From: an uncultured archaeon
Lineage (GTDB): Archaea; Asgardarchaeota; Lokiarchaeia; Sigyniarchaeales; SOKP01
Length of the DNA stretch: 35,712 bases
NCBI GenBank assembly: GCA_964583985.1
Contig: CAZOYD010000036.1
Span: 1 to 35,712, forward strand
Direction: 5' to 3'
The notes under the pieces were generated by a model that made no database searches, was not told the origin of the DNA, and was given only the letters and a program-made list of their open reading frames with translations. A program made the translations under genes and the position numbers. Every line of letters starts with the position of its first letter. The first letter of the stretch is position 1. This document shows positions 1-7,958 of the stretch, piece by piece.

Positions 1-1
1 A

Positions 2-424
2 TCTCAAAAAAAATTAAAGGCTCTCAATGATCATCTCCTTCAAGAAGTCGAGGAAAGAACAAGGGAACTAAAGTTATCAGAAGAAAAATATAAAAAGATG
101 TTAAATGATTTGGATGTTGCATTTTATAAGGGAGAATTCAAGGGAAAATTGCTCATGCATAACCAAACGTTTAATAAAATCTTAGGTATTGAGCCTACAA
201 AATCTTTAATAGGTACTTCAACAATTCAATTTTTTTCGGATCCAAATACTCGTGATGAATATTATAAAAAATTACTAACCAATGGAAGCATTCATAATTT
301 TATTGCAGAGATTCTCATACCTTCAGGTGAAAAAATTCGGATACAATTAAACTCTCATTTAATTAGAGATAAAGATGGCAATCCAAAAGAAATCGAAGGC
401 ACTGCTATAAAAATTGAAACATGA
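2..424 (+). CDS. 3' end of a signal-transduction protein: coiled coil plus C-terminal PAS domain (5'-truncated by the window)
   Basis: The frame is open from base 2 (SQKKLKALNDHLLQEVEERTRELKLSEEKYKKMLND...), a typical helix preceding a PAS domain. PAS/PAC-like features follow (NQTFNKILG; LIRDKDGNPKEIEG). Confidence 0.75.
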   Translation, partial: SQKKLKALNDHLLQEVEERTRELKLSEEKYKKMLNDLDVAFYKGEFKGKLLMHNQTFNKILGIEPTKSLIGTSTIQFFSDPNTRDEYYKKLLTNGSIHNFIAEILIPSGEKIRIQLNSHLIRDKDGNPKEIEGTAIKIET

Positions 425-429
425 GTTTA

Positions 430-975
430 TTATGAATTAAATCTTTGTTTTTCTCTATATTCTTTTACTGAAATCTGTCTTTCGCTTAATCTATTGTTTT
501 TAATAAGGGTTTCTTCAATTAATTTTACTTCAGCTCTTGTAGATACTTTGAAATTTATTAATTTTTCTAAAATTTCTTTCTCTCCTAAACCAGCATTATA
601 TAATTTAGTAAAAGCTTCGATTGTTTTGTCATTGAAATAAATATATTGTTTATTAAGAAAAATTATCAACCCTCCTTTCTTTTTTTGTTTAATACTCATT
701 AAAAACATTTCTTCTTGAATCTTTTTCAGAGGCTTTTTTAAAAGTTTTGATATGGTTTTATCATCAATTGATTTATGCCCTTTAATGAATTTCTTAAACT
801 TCATTGAAAAAATTAAAGAAGGTACATCTGTGATTAAATATATAATAATCACTATCACGGTTATCCAAATGGCAGTTATGAGGTTATAAAAAGAGATAAT
901 GAAAATTATGAATGCTACGATTAAAATCCAATACTTTCTTAAAGATAAAAAGGCTAATTTAAACTTTTCTAGCAT
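430..975 (-). CDS. Hypothetical membrane protein (two N-terminal TM helices, basic soluble domain)
   Basis: 181-aa ORF with hydrophobic segments at about aa 15-57. No family recognised. Confidence 0.6.
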   Translation of the reverse strand: MLEKFKLAFLSLRKYWILIVAFIIFIISFYNLITAIWITVIVIIIYLITDVPSLIFSMKFKKFIKGHKSIDDKTISKLLKKPLKKIQEEMFLMSIKQKKKGGLIIFLNKQYIYFNDKTIEAFTKLYNAGLGEKEILEKLINFKVSTRAEVKLIEETLIKNNRLSERQISVKEYREKQRFNS

Positions 976-1087
976 GATTCATCTGGTAAAATAAAGAATG
1001 TTTCTGTATGTTGAATAGTTATTATTGATACCTTAAAAAAATTATTACTAAAATAGAGAAATTTAAAGTTAGAAAAATTATTAGCAC

Positions 1088-1279
1088 TTTAACCACAAAA
1101 AAGTCCAGATCGTAGCGAGACCGGGTATTTTCCTTGGAGACCATGACCGTAAGCGAGCTTACAGTTTGAAAGTTCCCACAAATTGAAATTGAAGTACTAT
1201 TTTCAACGTCAACAAGTTTAACTTCCGGGTTCGGATGGTTCCGGCGCCATGCGAAGCGCGTGGAAATTTTGTGGTTAAA
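1088..1279. repeat. 13-bp perfect inverted repeat bracketing the permuted 5S unit
   Basis: tttaaccacaaaa (1088-1100) and ttttgtggttaaa (1267-1279) are exact reverse complements. Confidence 0.85.
1116..1236 (-). rRNA. 5S rRNA(-like) gene in circularly permuted order (3' part 1236-1157, then 5' part 1154-1116)
   Basis: The minus strand reads AUCCGAACCCGGAAGUUAAACUUGUUGACGUUGAAAAUAGUACUUC...GUGGGAACUUUCAAACUGUAAGC-UC-GCUUACGGUCAUGGUCUCCAAGGAAAAUACCCGGUCUCG. It contains the 5S hallmarks CCGAAC, GGAAGUUAA and loop E UAGUAC/GGGAA. Helices I, II (two mismatches), III, IV and V can be drawn, and the two parts sum to about 119 nt. Confidence 0.8.
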
Positions 1280-1296
1280 ATTACCACCTCTAACCA

Positions 1297-1310
1297 TTTA
1301 TTAAGCTTGG
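1297..1310 (-). promoter_or_regulatory. Candidate TATA box for the 5S-like transcript
   Basis: Minus-strand TTAATAAA (1304-1297) would place a start near the distal inverted-repeat arm (about 1275-1280). The AT-rich background makes this weak. Confidence 0.3.
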
Positions 1311-1454
1311 CTATTTTATGATTAAATGCTTTACTTATTTGGTTATGAGTATGGAGAAATAATAAGAGCTAGTAATTAAAGTTTATCATCATGAAAGGTT
1401 AAGTTTAAAAGGAATAATGAACCACGCATTAGACATATTCTCCATTGATAAAAT

Positions 1455-3593
1455 TCATTCCCTAAAATCCTTTTTTTTTATACTGATGAAATTTGATAAA
1501 CTTAAGAGTCCAGCAAGACCAATTATCATGATTAGAGTAAAAATTAAAACATATTCAGTCAGAGGTGCAGCTATGCTAAAATTAAATGCATTATCGTAAT
1601 ATAATCGTGTCTTGTTGTTAAAATCTCTAATAACAACGGCGTAATCATATTCTCCTGGGTCCAATTTATTTAAGGTAAGAGTAAAGTTTTGAGCATTTTC
1701 AAGAATTCCATTTGAAACTTGAAAAGATTCAAAGCTCTTGAAATTATTTTGACTAAGAAGAAGAGTGATGCTTTCTACTCCCGATTGGTTATCATATCCT
1801 TCAAAATTAAATTGAATTTGATCATTAATTGTGGGATCAGTAGGATAGCATTCAATATTTCTCAATTCAGGAAGATAGGAATCTTCGGTTGTGTTGAAGT
1901 TAAAATGAGAAGGAATTAAATTATGACCCGTAATTGTCACATTGTATTTTTCATTTGCTTGAGCAGGTAAACGGAATTTTACTAATCCCTCTTTATTAGC
2001 ATAAGTAGTGAAATATTTACCATCCAATGAAGTAAGGTGTACTCTAGCATTTGGTACAATTTGTCCTTTATTATCGATGACAGAGAAAGAAACAAGTTGT
2101 CCCTCATAAATGGGTGAGCTAAAGTAATTGGGTACGGAAACAGGAATATCTGTATATATATCTACTTCTGGATCTCCCAATAAATCATACGTTAAGATAT
2201 TTTTTCTTTGCCATTCTAAGTCAATTGATGTTTCTCCCCTTTGAAAGTAATCACTATTTAAATATGCAACTTTGGAGTTGTATAATGCTTTTCCTTGTTG
2301 AAAATCCATTTCCTCAAAAAATTGTTTCCAAAATAATTTTGCATTCCCTCGATTTAATTTTTCTAAATAAGTGTCGTTATCTAAATACCATGTAACTCGA
2401 AGTCCACCAATATAACCTATTGCACCCGCATCTAATCGTTTGATCGATCTTTCTCCAATACTAAAATCTCCCTGATCATAAGAAGAAGTAGTGCACGCGT
2501 CAGCATATATTAATGAAGGCATGTTAATATTAGAACTTGAAAGGGCATCAGTATTAGAGTAATACGTGACACCACTATCATCGGTTATTACAGTAGGATC
2601 AGCATGACCAGCAATAATAATTGTTGAATATCCGTTATCTACACCAGTAATAAAGGAAGTGCCATTTAAATCATCTAAAATATTTGGTTCTGGGGGAATG
2701 GAAGCTGTAAAACTTGTGGTGGTCTTGACCAGATGCGTGAAATTCATGTTATTTAGAACATAATTTTGCCAAATGTATTCTGTTAAGCGTGCTTCATCTT
2801 CATCAGGGTCTAGATAAGAGGCATAAGAAGAAACCCCTCCTGCTAATAACATCTGATTCATCCATGTCCCTATTTCAGGATTATTCTCGTATTTTATAGT
2901 TTTGTTAACCATTATTTGAAGTTCATGAGCGTTACTGGCTGGTAATCTTCCTACATAAACATCTGGGCTCCAAATAATTTCATCAATACCATTCCCATTG
3001 TTTTCTGAGTTTTCTCCCCACTTCCCATCACCATCATCATCCCAAGTACCAGCAAGTGCACTATAATAAAAATCGGTTGGCTTGTAATACTCATTCCAGT
3101 TTGAATATTCCGAGTCTCCAACCACTACAGTATCTGGATTATAGGTGTATCTGATTGGAATTAAGTCTTCTTCAGCATCACCAGCAAGTAAGACCCATTG
3201 GATATTTTCATTTTCGTAATAATCTTTTATCATGTTTCTGATCTTCTCTGCGTTATCAGATCCTGTATATTCAGTGAAATTGCTCAATATAATAGTTTTT
3301 ACCCCTTTCTGATTTTTCCATTCCATCAATGGGATCAACTCATTGATAAAACTAGCGTTATTGGGAGCAATAATTATCATTTCTAATTTAGCGTTATACC
3401 ACTCATTATAAAGCGCTTCAAAATTCGAGGATGGTATTGATGCTATATCAATACTAAGTGAATCATCATCCAGATCTATTCTACTAGATGAAATAGGTAT
3501 TTCTGTTGTATGCATGATTGAAGTGAGAACTGGTAAAAAAATAAATATGAGAAAAAGAACTTGAATTACACGATTAATTTCAATTCTATCCAT
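1455..3593 (-). CDS. Peptidase C25 (gingipain-like) cysteine protease, exported and C-terminally membrane anchored
   Basis: WKNQKG, WVLLAGD, TDFYYS, VYVGRLP, candidate catalytic dyad AGH...ADAC, and YDLLGDP. N-terminal hydrophobic signal, Ig-like C-terminal domains and a final TM helix with basic tail. Confidence 0.88.
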   Translation of the reverse strand: MDRIEINRVIQVLFLIFIFLPVLTSIMHTTEIPISSSRIDLDDDSLSIDIASIPSSNFEALYNEWYNAKLEMIIIAPNNASFINELIPLMEWKNQKGVKTIILSNFTEYTGSDNAEKIRNMIKDYYENENIQWVLLAGDAEEDLIPIRYTYNPDTVVVGDSEYSNWNEYYKPTDFYYSALAGTWDDDGDGKWGENSENNGNGIDEIIWSPDVYVGRLPASNAHELQIMVNKTIKYENNPEIGTWMNQMLLAGGVSSYASYLDPDEDEARLTEYIWQNYVLNNMNFTHLVKTTTSFTASIPPEPNILDDLNGTSFITGVDNGYSTIIIAGHADPTVITDDSGVTYYSNTDALSSSNINMPSLIYADACTTSSYDQGDFSIGERSIKRLDAGAIGYIGGLRVTWYLDNDTYLEKLNRGNAKLFWKQFFEEMDFQQGKALYNSKVAYLNSDYFQRGETSIDLEWQRKNILTYDLLGDPEVDIYTDIPVSVPNYFSSPIYEGQLVSFSVIDNKGQIVPNARVHLTSLDGKYFTTYANKEGLVKFRLPAQANEKYNVTITGHNLIPSHFNFNTTEDSYLPELRNIECYPTDPTINDQIQFNFEGYDNQSGVESITLLLSQNNFKSFESFQVSNGILENAQNFTLTLNKLDPGEYDYAVVIRDFNNKTRLYYDNAFNFSIAAPLTEYVLIFTLIMIIGLAGLLSLSNFISIKKKDFRE

Positions 3594-3720
3594 TTTCCAT
3601 CTAATTCATTATAAATTTCCTTGATATAAAATAATTGGTAGAGAATAAAATATATGTATAAATATTATAACCAATTAAAAATAAGTTCTAAATTAATAAT
3701 AAATAAAAATTCTATTAATC

Positions 3721-3948
3721 ATGCCTCTTCGATTCAATACGTGTCCTCATTGCCAACAAAGAATTGTGTTTAAAATAGAAAATGAAGATATTGATCCTTC
3801 GCAATATCCTGCACCAGTCTACATCATTCATAAAGACAAATCTTGTGGTAAACTATCTACTTTTTATGTCGATAGTCTCTTGAGGGTTTCCTATAAAGAA
3901 CTTGAAAAGAAACCCGGTGGAATAAAAACCTTAGAGACCACAGGCTAA
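3721..3948 (+). CDS. Small putative zinc-binding hypothetical protein
   Basis: 75 aa with CPHC and HKDKSC. It fills an intergenic gap and has an ATG start. Confidence 0.6.
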   Translation: MPLRFNTCPHCQQRIVFKIENEDIDPSQYPAPVYIIHKDKSCGKLSTFYVDSLLRVSYKELEKKPGGIKTLETTG

Positions 3949-4058
3949 GATAAAATCTTATATTTGACAATTAATTTATTAAAAAAAGGATTCTTTACAT
4001 TACGTAGAGAAACTTAAAAAATCGTAGTTATTTTAAATTCATAAAACTCAAATTTTCA

Positions 4059-5621
4059 TTGAATATGATGGCAAGAGAATTAGAAGATGTACCGGGAATA
4101 GGAAAGGCAACTGCAGATAGATTAAGAGCTGCTGGAATCGAAACAGTCGAAAAGTTGGCTACTATTGAAGTGAAAGATTTAATCGAACTGAGAATTAAAG
4201 GGATTGGGGATTCCGCAGCATTAAAATATATTAATAGCGCTAAAGGTATATTTAATGAGAACAAATCTGATAACTCAAGTAAACCAAAACAATCGGAATC
4301 AGTATCTAAAAAAGAAAAGCCAAAAATAAAACAAGATGCATTGGCGATTTCTGAACTAAAGAATCTAATAAAAAAGCAAGCAGAGTGTAATATTGGATTG
4401 GTAGGTCACGTAGATCATGGAAAAACAACCTTGGTAAAAGCACTTACGGGTGATTGGACTGATAGACATTCAGAAGAACAAGAAAGGGGTATCTCAATAA
4501 AGTTAGGATATTCAAATGCCACAATTCTTTATTGTCCAACTTGTGATCAATATCTCACTACTTATATGGCTGAATTGGCAAGAGAAAAGGGAAAACCAAA
4601 ATATACTTGCGCAAAATGTGGAGGTCCTTTAGAATTTAAAAGAAATATCTCTTTCGTAGATGCTCCTGGGCATGAAATATTAATGGCAACAATGTTGAGT
4701 GGTGCGTCATTAATGAATGGCGCTTGTCTTTTAATCGCTGCTGATGAAAAATGTCCCCAGCCTCAAACTCGCGAACATTTAGCCGCTTTAAATATAGCTG
4801 GTATAACAAAGATAATAATCATTCAAAATAAGATCGATGCAGTATCCAAAGAGCAAACGCTTGAAAATTATCAAGAAATCAAAGAATTTATTAAAGGTAC
4901 TGTAGCTGAAAATGCTCCAATAATCCCAATTTCGGCTGTTTTTGGAGCAAATATTGATTTAGTAGTCAGAGCATTTCAAGAAATTATACCATCTCCAATA
5001 ATGAATGAAAATGACAAATTTCAATTCCTCATTGCACGTTCCTTCGATATTAATCGTCCTGGAACTTCAATTGAAAAACTAAATGGGGGCGTTATAGGGG
5101 GTTCTGTTTTGAAAGGAAGAATTGAAGTTGGCTCGAAAATAGAAATTCGTCCAGGGTTACATATAGAAAATAATTATGCTCCCATTATCTCCACTGTTGT
5201 TAGTATAAGTCAAGGGGATAATAGGTTAGATGCAGCAAGACCTGGTGGTTTAATAGGCCTAGGTACTAAATTAGATCCATCAATAACGAAAGGTGATTCC
5301 TTAATTGGACAATTAGTTGGAGAATTGGACTCTTTACCCGAAGTAATTTCTGAAGTCGAATTAGAAGTTAATTTATTGGAACGAGTAATAGGTACAGAAG
5401 ATCAAATTAAAGTACATGATCTTAGACATAATGAGAAATTACTATTGGTTGTAGGAACTGAAAAAACTGCAGGAACGGTTGTGAAAATATTGAAGAACTC
5501 TTATGTCCTAACTCTTAATCCTCCAATTTGCATACCCGAAAATTTTATTTTTGCTGTTTCAAGAATAATAAATAGGCGATATCGACTTATAGGTTATGGT
5601 AAATCTATTAATCATAATTAA
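4059..5621 (+). CDS. eif2g: Translation initiation factor 2 gamma subunit (aIF2-gamma) with an extra N-terminal helix-hairpin-helix domain
   Basis: GHVDHGKTT, TDRHSEEQERGISIKLGY, CxxC...CxxC zinc site, DAPGHE, PQPQTREHL, NKID, ARSFDINRPG, RLIGYG. The N-terminus LEDVPGIGKATADRLRAAGIETVEKLA is HhH-type. The true start is probably the ATG at 4065 or 4068. Confidence 0.95.
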   Translation: MNMMARELEDVPGIGKATADRLRAAGIETVEKLATIEVKDLIELRIKGIGDSAALKYINSAKGIFNENKSDNSSKPKQSESVSKKEKPKIKQDALAISELKNLIKKQAECNIGLVGHVDHGKTTLVKALTGDWTDRHSEEQERGISIKLGYSNATILYCPTCDQYLTTYMAELAREKGKPKYTCAKCGGPLEFKRNISFVDAPGHEILMATMLSGASLMNGACLLIAADEKCPQPQTREHLAALNIAGITKIIIIQNKIDAVSKEQTLENYQEIKEFIKGTVAENAPIIPISAVFGANIDLVVRAFQEIIPSPIMNENDKFQFLIARSFDINRPGTSIEKLNGGVIGGSVLKGRIEVGSKIEIRPGLHIENNYAPIISTVVSISQGDNRLDAARPGGLIGLGTKLDPSITKGDSLIGQLVGELDSLPEVISEVELEVNLLERVIGTEDQIKVHDLRHNEKLLLVVGTEKTAGTVVKILKNSYVLTLNPPICIPENFIFAVSRIINRRYRLIGYGKSINHN

Positions 5622-5623
5622 TA

Positions 5624-5956
5624 TTATGAGGAATAAGAGAGAAAAATTTCTCGAATTTTACCTTTTACTAAAACCAATGATTGATCTACTTGACTTATCA
5701 ATTTCTGCAAAGCAATTACACGTTTTTCAGTATCCATACCAGAGTCTTTCGTTTTAACTATTATTTGCTTTGTTTCATATAGGATTAAGTTATTCTCAAT
5801 CTTTGCAAGAAAATGAAGAATCATTTCAATATTATTCTTACTTAACAAGTCCGCTTGGGATTTAATTTCATTGAACTCATAGAAAATTTCATTCATGACT
5901 CGCTTTTCAATAAATTGAAGGAAATTTTCTATTTTATCTACGAAAATTACTATCAA
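5624..5956 (-). CDS. Hypothetical protein
   Basis: 110-aa ORF tightly packed between neighbours and apparently coupled to the upstream minus-strand gene. Confidence 0.6.
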   Translation of the reverse strand: MIVIFVDKIENFLQFIEKRVMNEIFYEFNEIKSQADLLSKNNIEMILHFLAKIENNLILYETKQIIVKTKDSGMDTEKRVIALQKLISQVDQSLVLVKGKIREIFLSYSS

Positions 5957-5958
5957 GT

Positions 5959-7677
5959 TTAACGTTTTCTATTTTTTAAATGAAGGATGTATCCAATAAA
6001 GATGATGATTCCGAAAAGGGAACTAAATGTAAGGATAACTGAAGGGAAATGAATAATCTCTGTAACAATATAATTTACATCTTGAAAAGGAGTAACATCT
6101 GCTTCCATTAACAGTTGATTATCTAAATAAATCTTCGCTTTATAGTTTCCATTTGGCACATTTGAGAGTATTAATTCACCATTTTCATTTGTAAAAGCAG
6201 GAGCCATGGGTTGATCCAAATCATTTGAAATATAGGTGCCATAGGGCTTATCAAAATAATAAAGTTCCAATTTTACGCTACTTAATGGCATATTGATATT
6301 ATCAGTGATGATAACTCTTAGATCTTTAGTCGCCTTATATGTTAAGATAAAGGGATCAGTTTCACCCTTAACTAAGTATGGTAGAAAGATTTTTAATCCC
6401 TTTTTCTTTACTGAGTTTTTGGTAAATATTAGGCTATGATCCAATTTATCTTGAATCGTAGTAACATTTGCATCAAAATATGATACAGATCTTCCAAATA
6501 TTGATCTATTACTCATCATTTGATCTAAAGTAATTGTACTTTCAAATAATGCGATATGACTAAGGATTATTCGATCTGGACCAGAGATAAGAGAAGGAAA
6601 ATAAATTCTTTCCCTAATATCCCTTTTTTCTACCAATCTATCTATTGCCCATGAAAAGTCAACTGGATTCTGAAATCTTAATGTAAAATTTGCTGAAAAT
6701 TGAATGTCAATCGTAATATAATCAGCGTAAGTTGTCACATTTATGAGATTATTACTACCCAAATAATTTGAAATTTCTAATTTAGAAACTAACATGGTAT
6801 AATTATATAAAACTTCTTTATCTGGTAGATTTACCTCGAGAAAAGCTTTGAGATTATAAGCGGGTATATTTATATGAGTCGATGTTTCATTCCATTTAAG
6901 ACCCCAAAACGTGAAATTATAGACAAACCTTGGAGAGAATGACTCCTCTTGAGTTCTTATCACGAGATTTTTACTAGTTTGGGTGAGTTCCCAATTATTG
7001 ATTGTGAGATCATATTCATATTTGATATATATGGTAAAATTATTTTCATAATTTTCGTCAATTTCATTAATTTGGAAATAATCATAATAGTTAAATATTA
7101 AAAAGTTTGAAGAATCAATCGAATATTGATTTTCATTCAGTTTATTTATAGGTTCTGTTGATTGATTATTGATAAATACTTCTTTTACTAAAATTGGAGT
7201 TAAACGAAAACCATATATTAAATAACCTTCCGCACCCGACTTTGAATAATTATATTCAACGCTAATAGATTCATTCAATACCACGGTAATTTTATTGTTA
7301 TAGGATGATTGATCTAAATTATCGTAGCGAGCTGATAATGATGTATAGAGATAAGAAGTATTTTGATAAGCCATTTTTAGAGCTCCCGTACTAAAATCAT
7401 CTTGTAAATCGGGATATTTCGCACTATTATTATAAAAACCCGCTTCATCAAATAAAATATTTGTTATAGTGATGTTACCAAGATTCTGGCTTTCATCTTC
7501 TAAAATTGGCTTATAATCTTCTAATGTAAAGGTAGTTGAATTCGGTAATTCTTTTATGGTATTATAATTCCCACAAGTTTTATTATCCTCGAAGATCTGA
7601 CTTGTTAGAATTGGGATTAATAATAAAATGAATAAAATCAAGATCGTCTGATATTTCTTGTATCGTAAAAGCATCAT
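5959..7677 (-). CDS. Exported beta-rich surface protein with a C-terminal carboxypeptidase-regulatory-like (transthyretin-fold) domain and TM anchor
   Basis: N-terminal signal/TM, many N-x-S/T sequons, FTNENGELILSNVPNGNY motif, C-terminal TM followed by KNRKR. Confidence 0.65.
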   Translation of the reverse strand: MMLLRYKKYQTILILFILLLIPILTSQIFEDNKTCGNYNTIKELPNSTTFTLEDYKPILEDESQNLGNITITNILFDEAGFYNNSAKYPDLQDDFSTGALKMAYQNTSYLYTSLSARYDNLDQSSYNNKITVVLNESISVEYNYSKSGAEGYLIYGFRLTPILVKEVFINNQSTEPINKLNENQYSIDSSNFLIFNYYDYFQINEIDENYENNFTIYIKYEYDLTINNWELTQTSKNLVIRTQEESFSPRFVYNFTFWGLKWNETSTHINIPAYNLKAFLEVNLPDKEVLYNYTMLVSKLEISNYLGSNNLINVTTYADYITIDIQFSANFTLRFQNPVDFSWAIDRLVEKRDIRERIYFPSLISGPDRIILSHIALFESTITLDQMMSNRSIFGRSVSYFDANVTTIQDKLDHSLIFTKNSVKKKGLKIFLPYLVKGETDPFILTYKATKDLRVIITDNINMPLSSVKLELYYFDKPYGTYISNDLDQPMAPAFTNENGELILSNVPNGNYKAKIYLDNQLLMEADVTPFQDVNYIVTEIIHFPSVILTFSSLFGIIIFIGYILHLKNRKR

Positions 7678-7958
7678 AATTCTCTAAAGATACAGTATTG
7701 AAAAGTAAAAATTAAATCAAATTAAATAATTTTTCCAAAGATTTTAACTTTAACATCAATTTTTAATCAAAAATAGATATTATAGCAATGTTTATATTTA
7801 TAGAATCTATCTTTATTTTATTTAAAACCTCTTTTCGAGATTGAATAAGATAAAATCAATTAAGATCATAATTATTATATGTCTACATGTATAGCTTAAC
7901 AATTAAAACTACCAAATCTATATTTTAGGTTTTTGAATTTTTATTATGACAGATGTGA

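Noticed and set aside
1022-1297. 91-aa minus-strand ORF
   Set aside because: It lies on the 5S-like RNA and has no recognisable protein features; the RNA explains the composition better.
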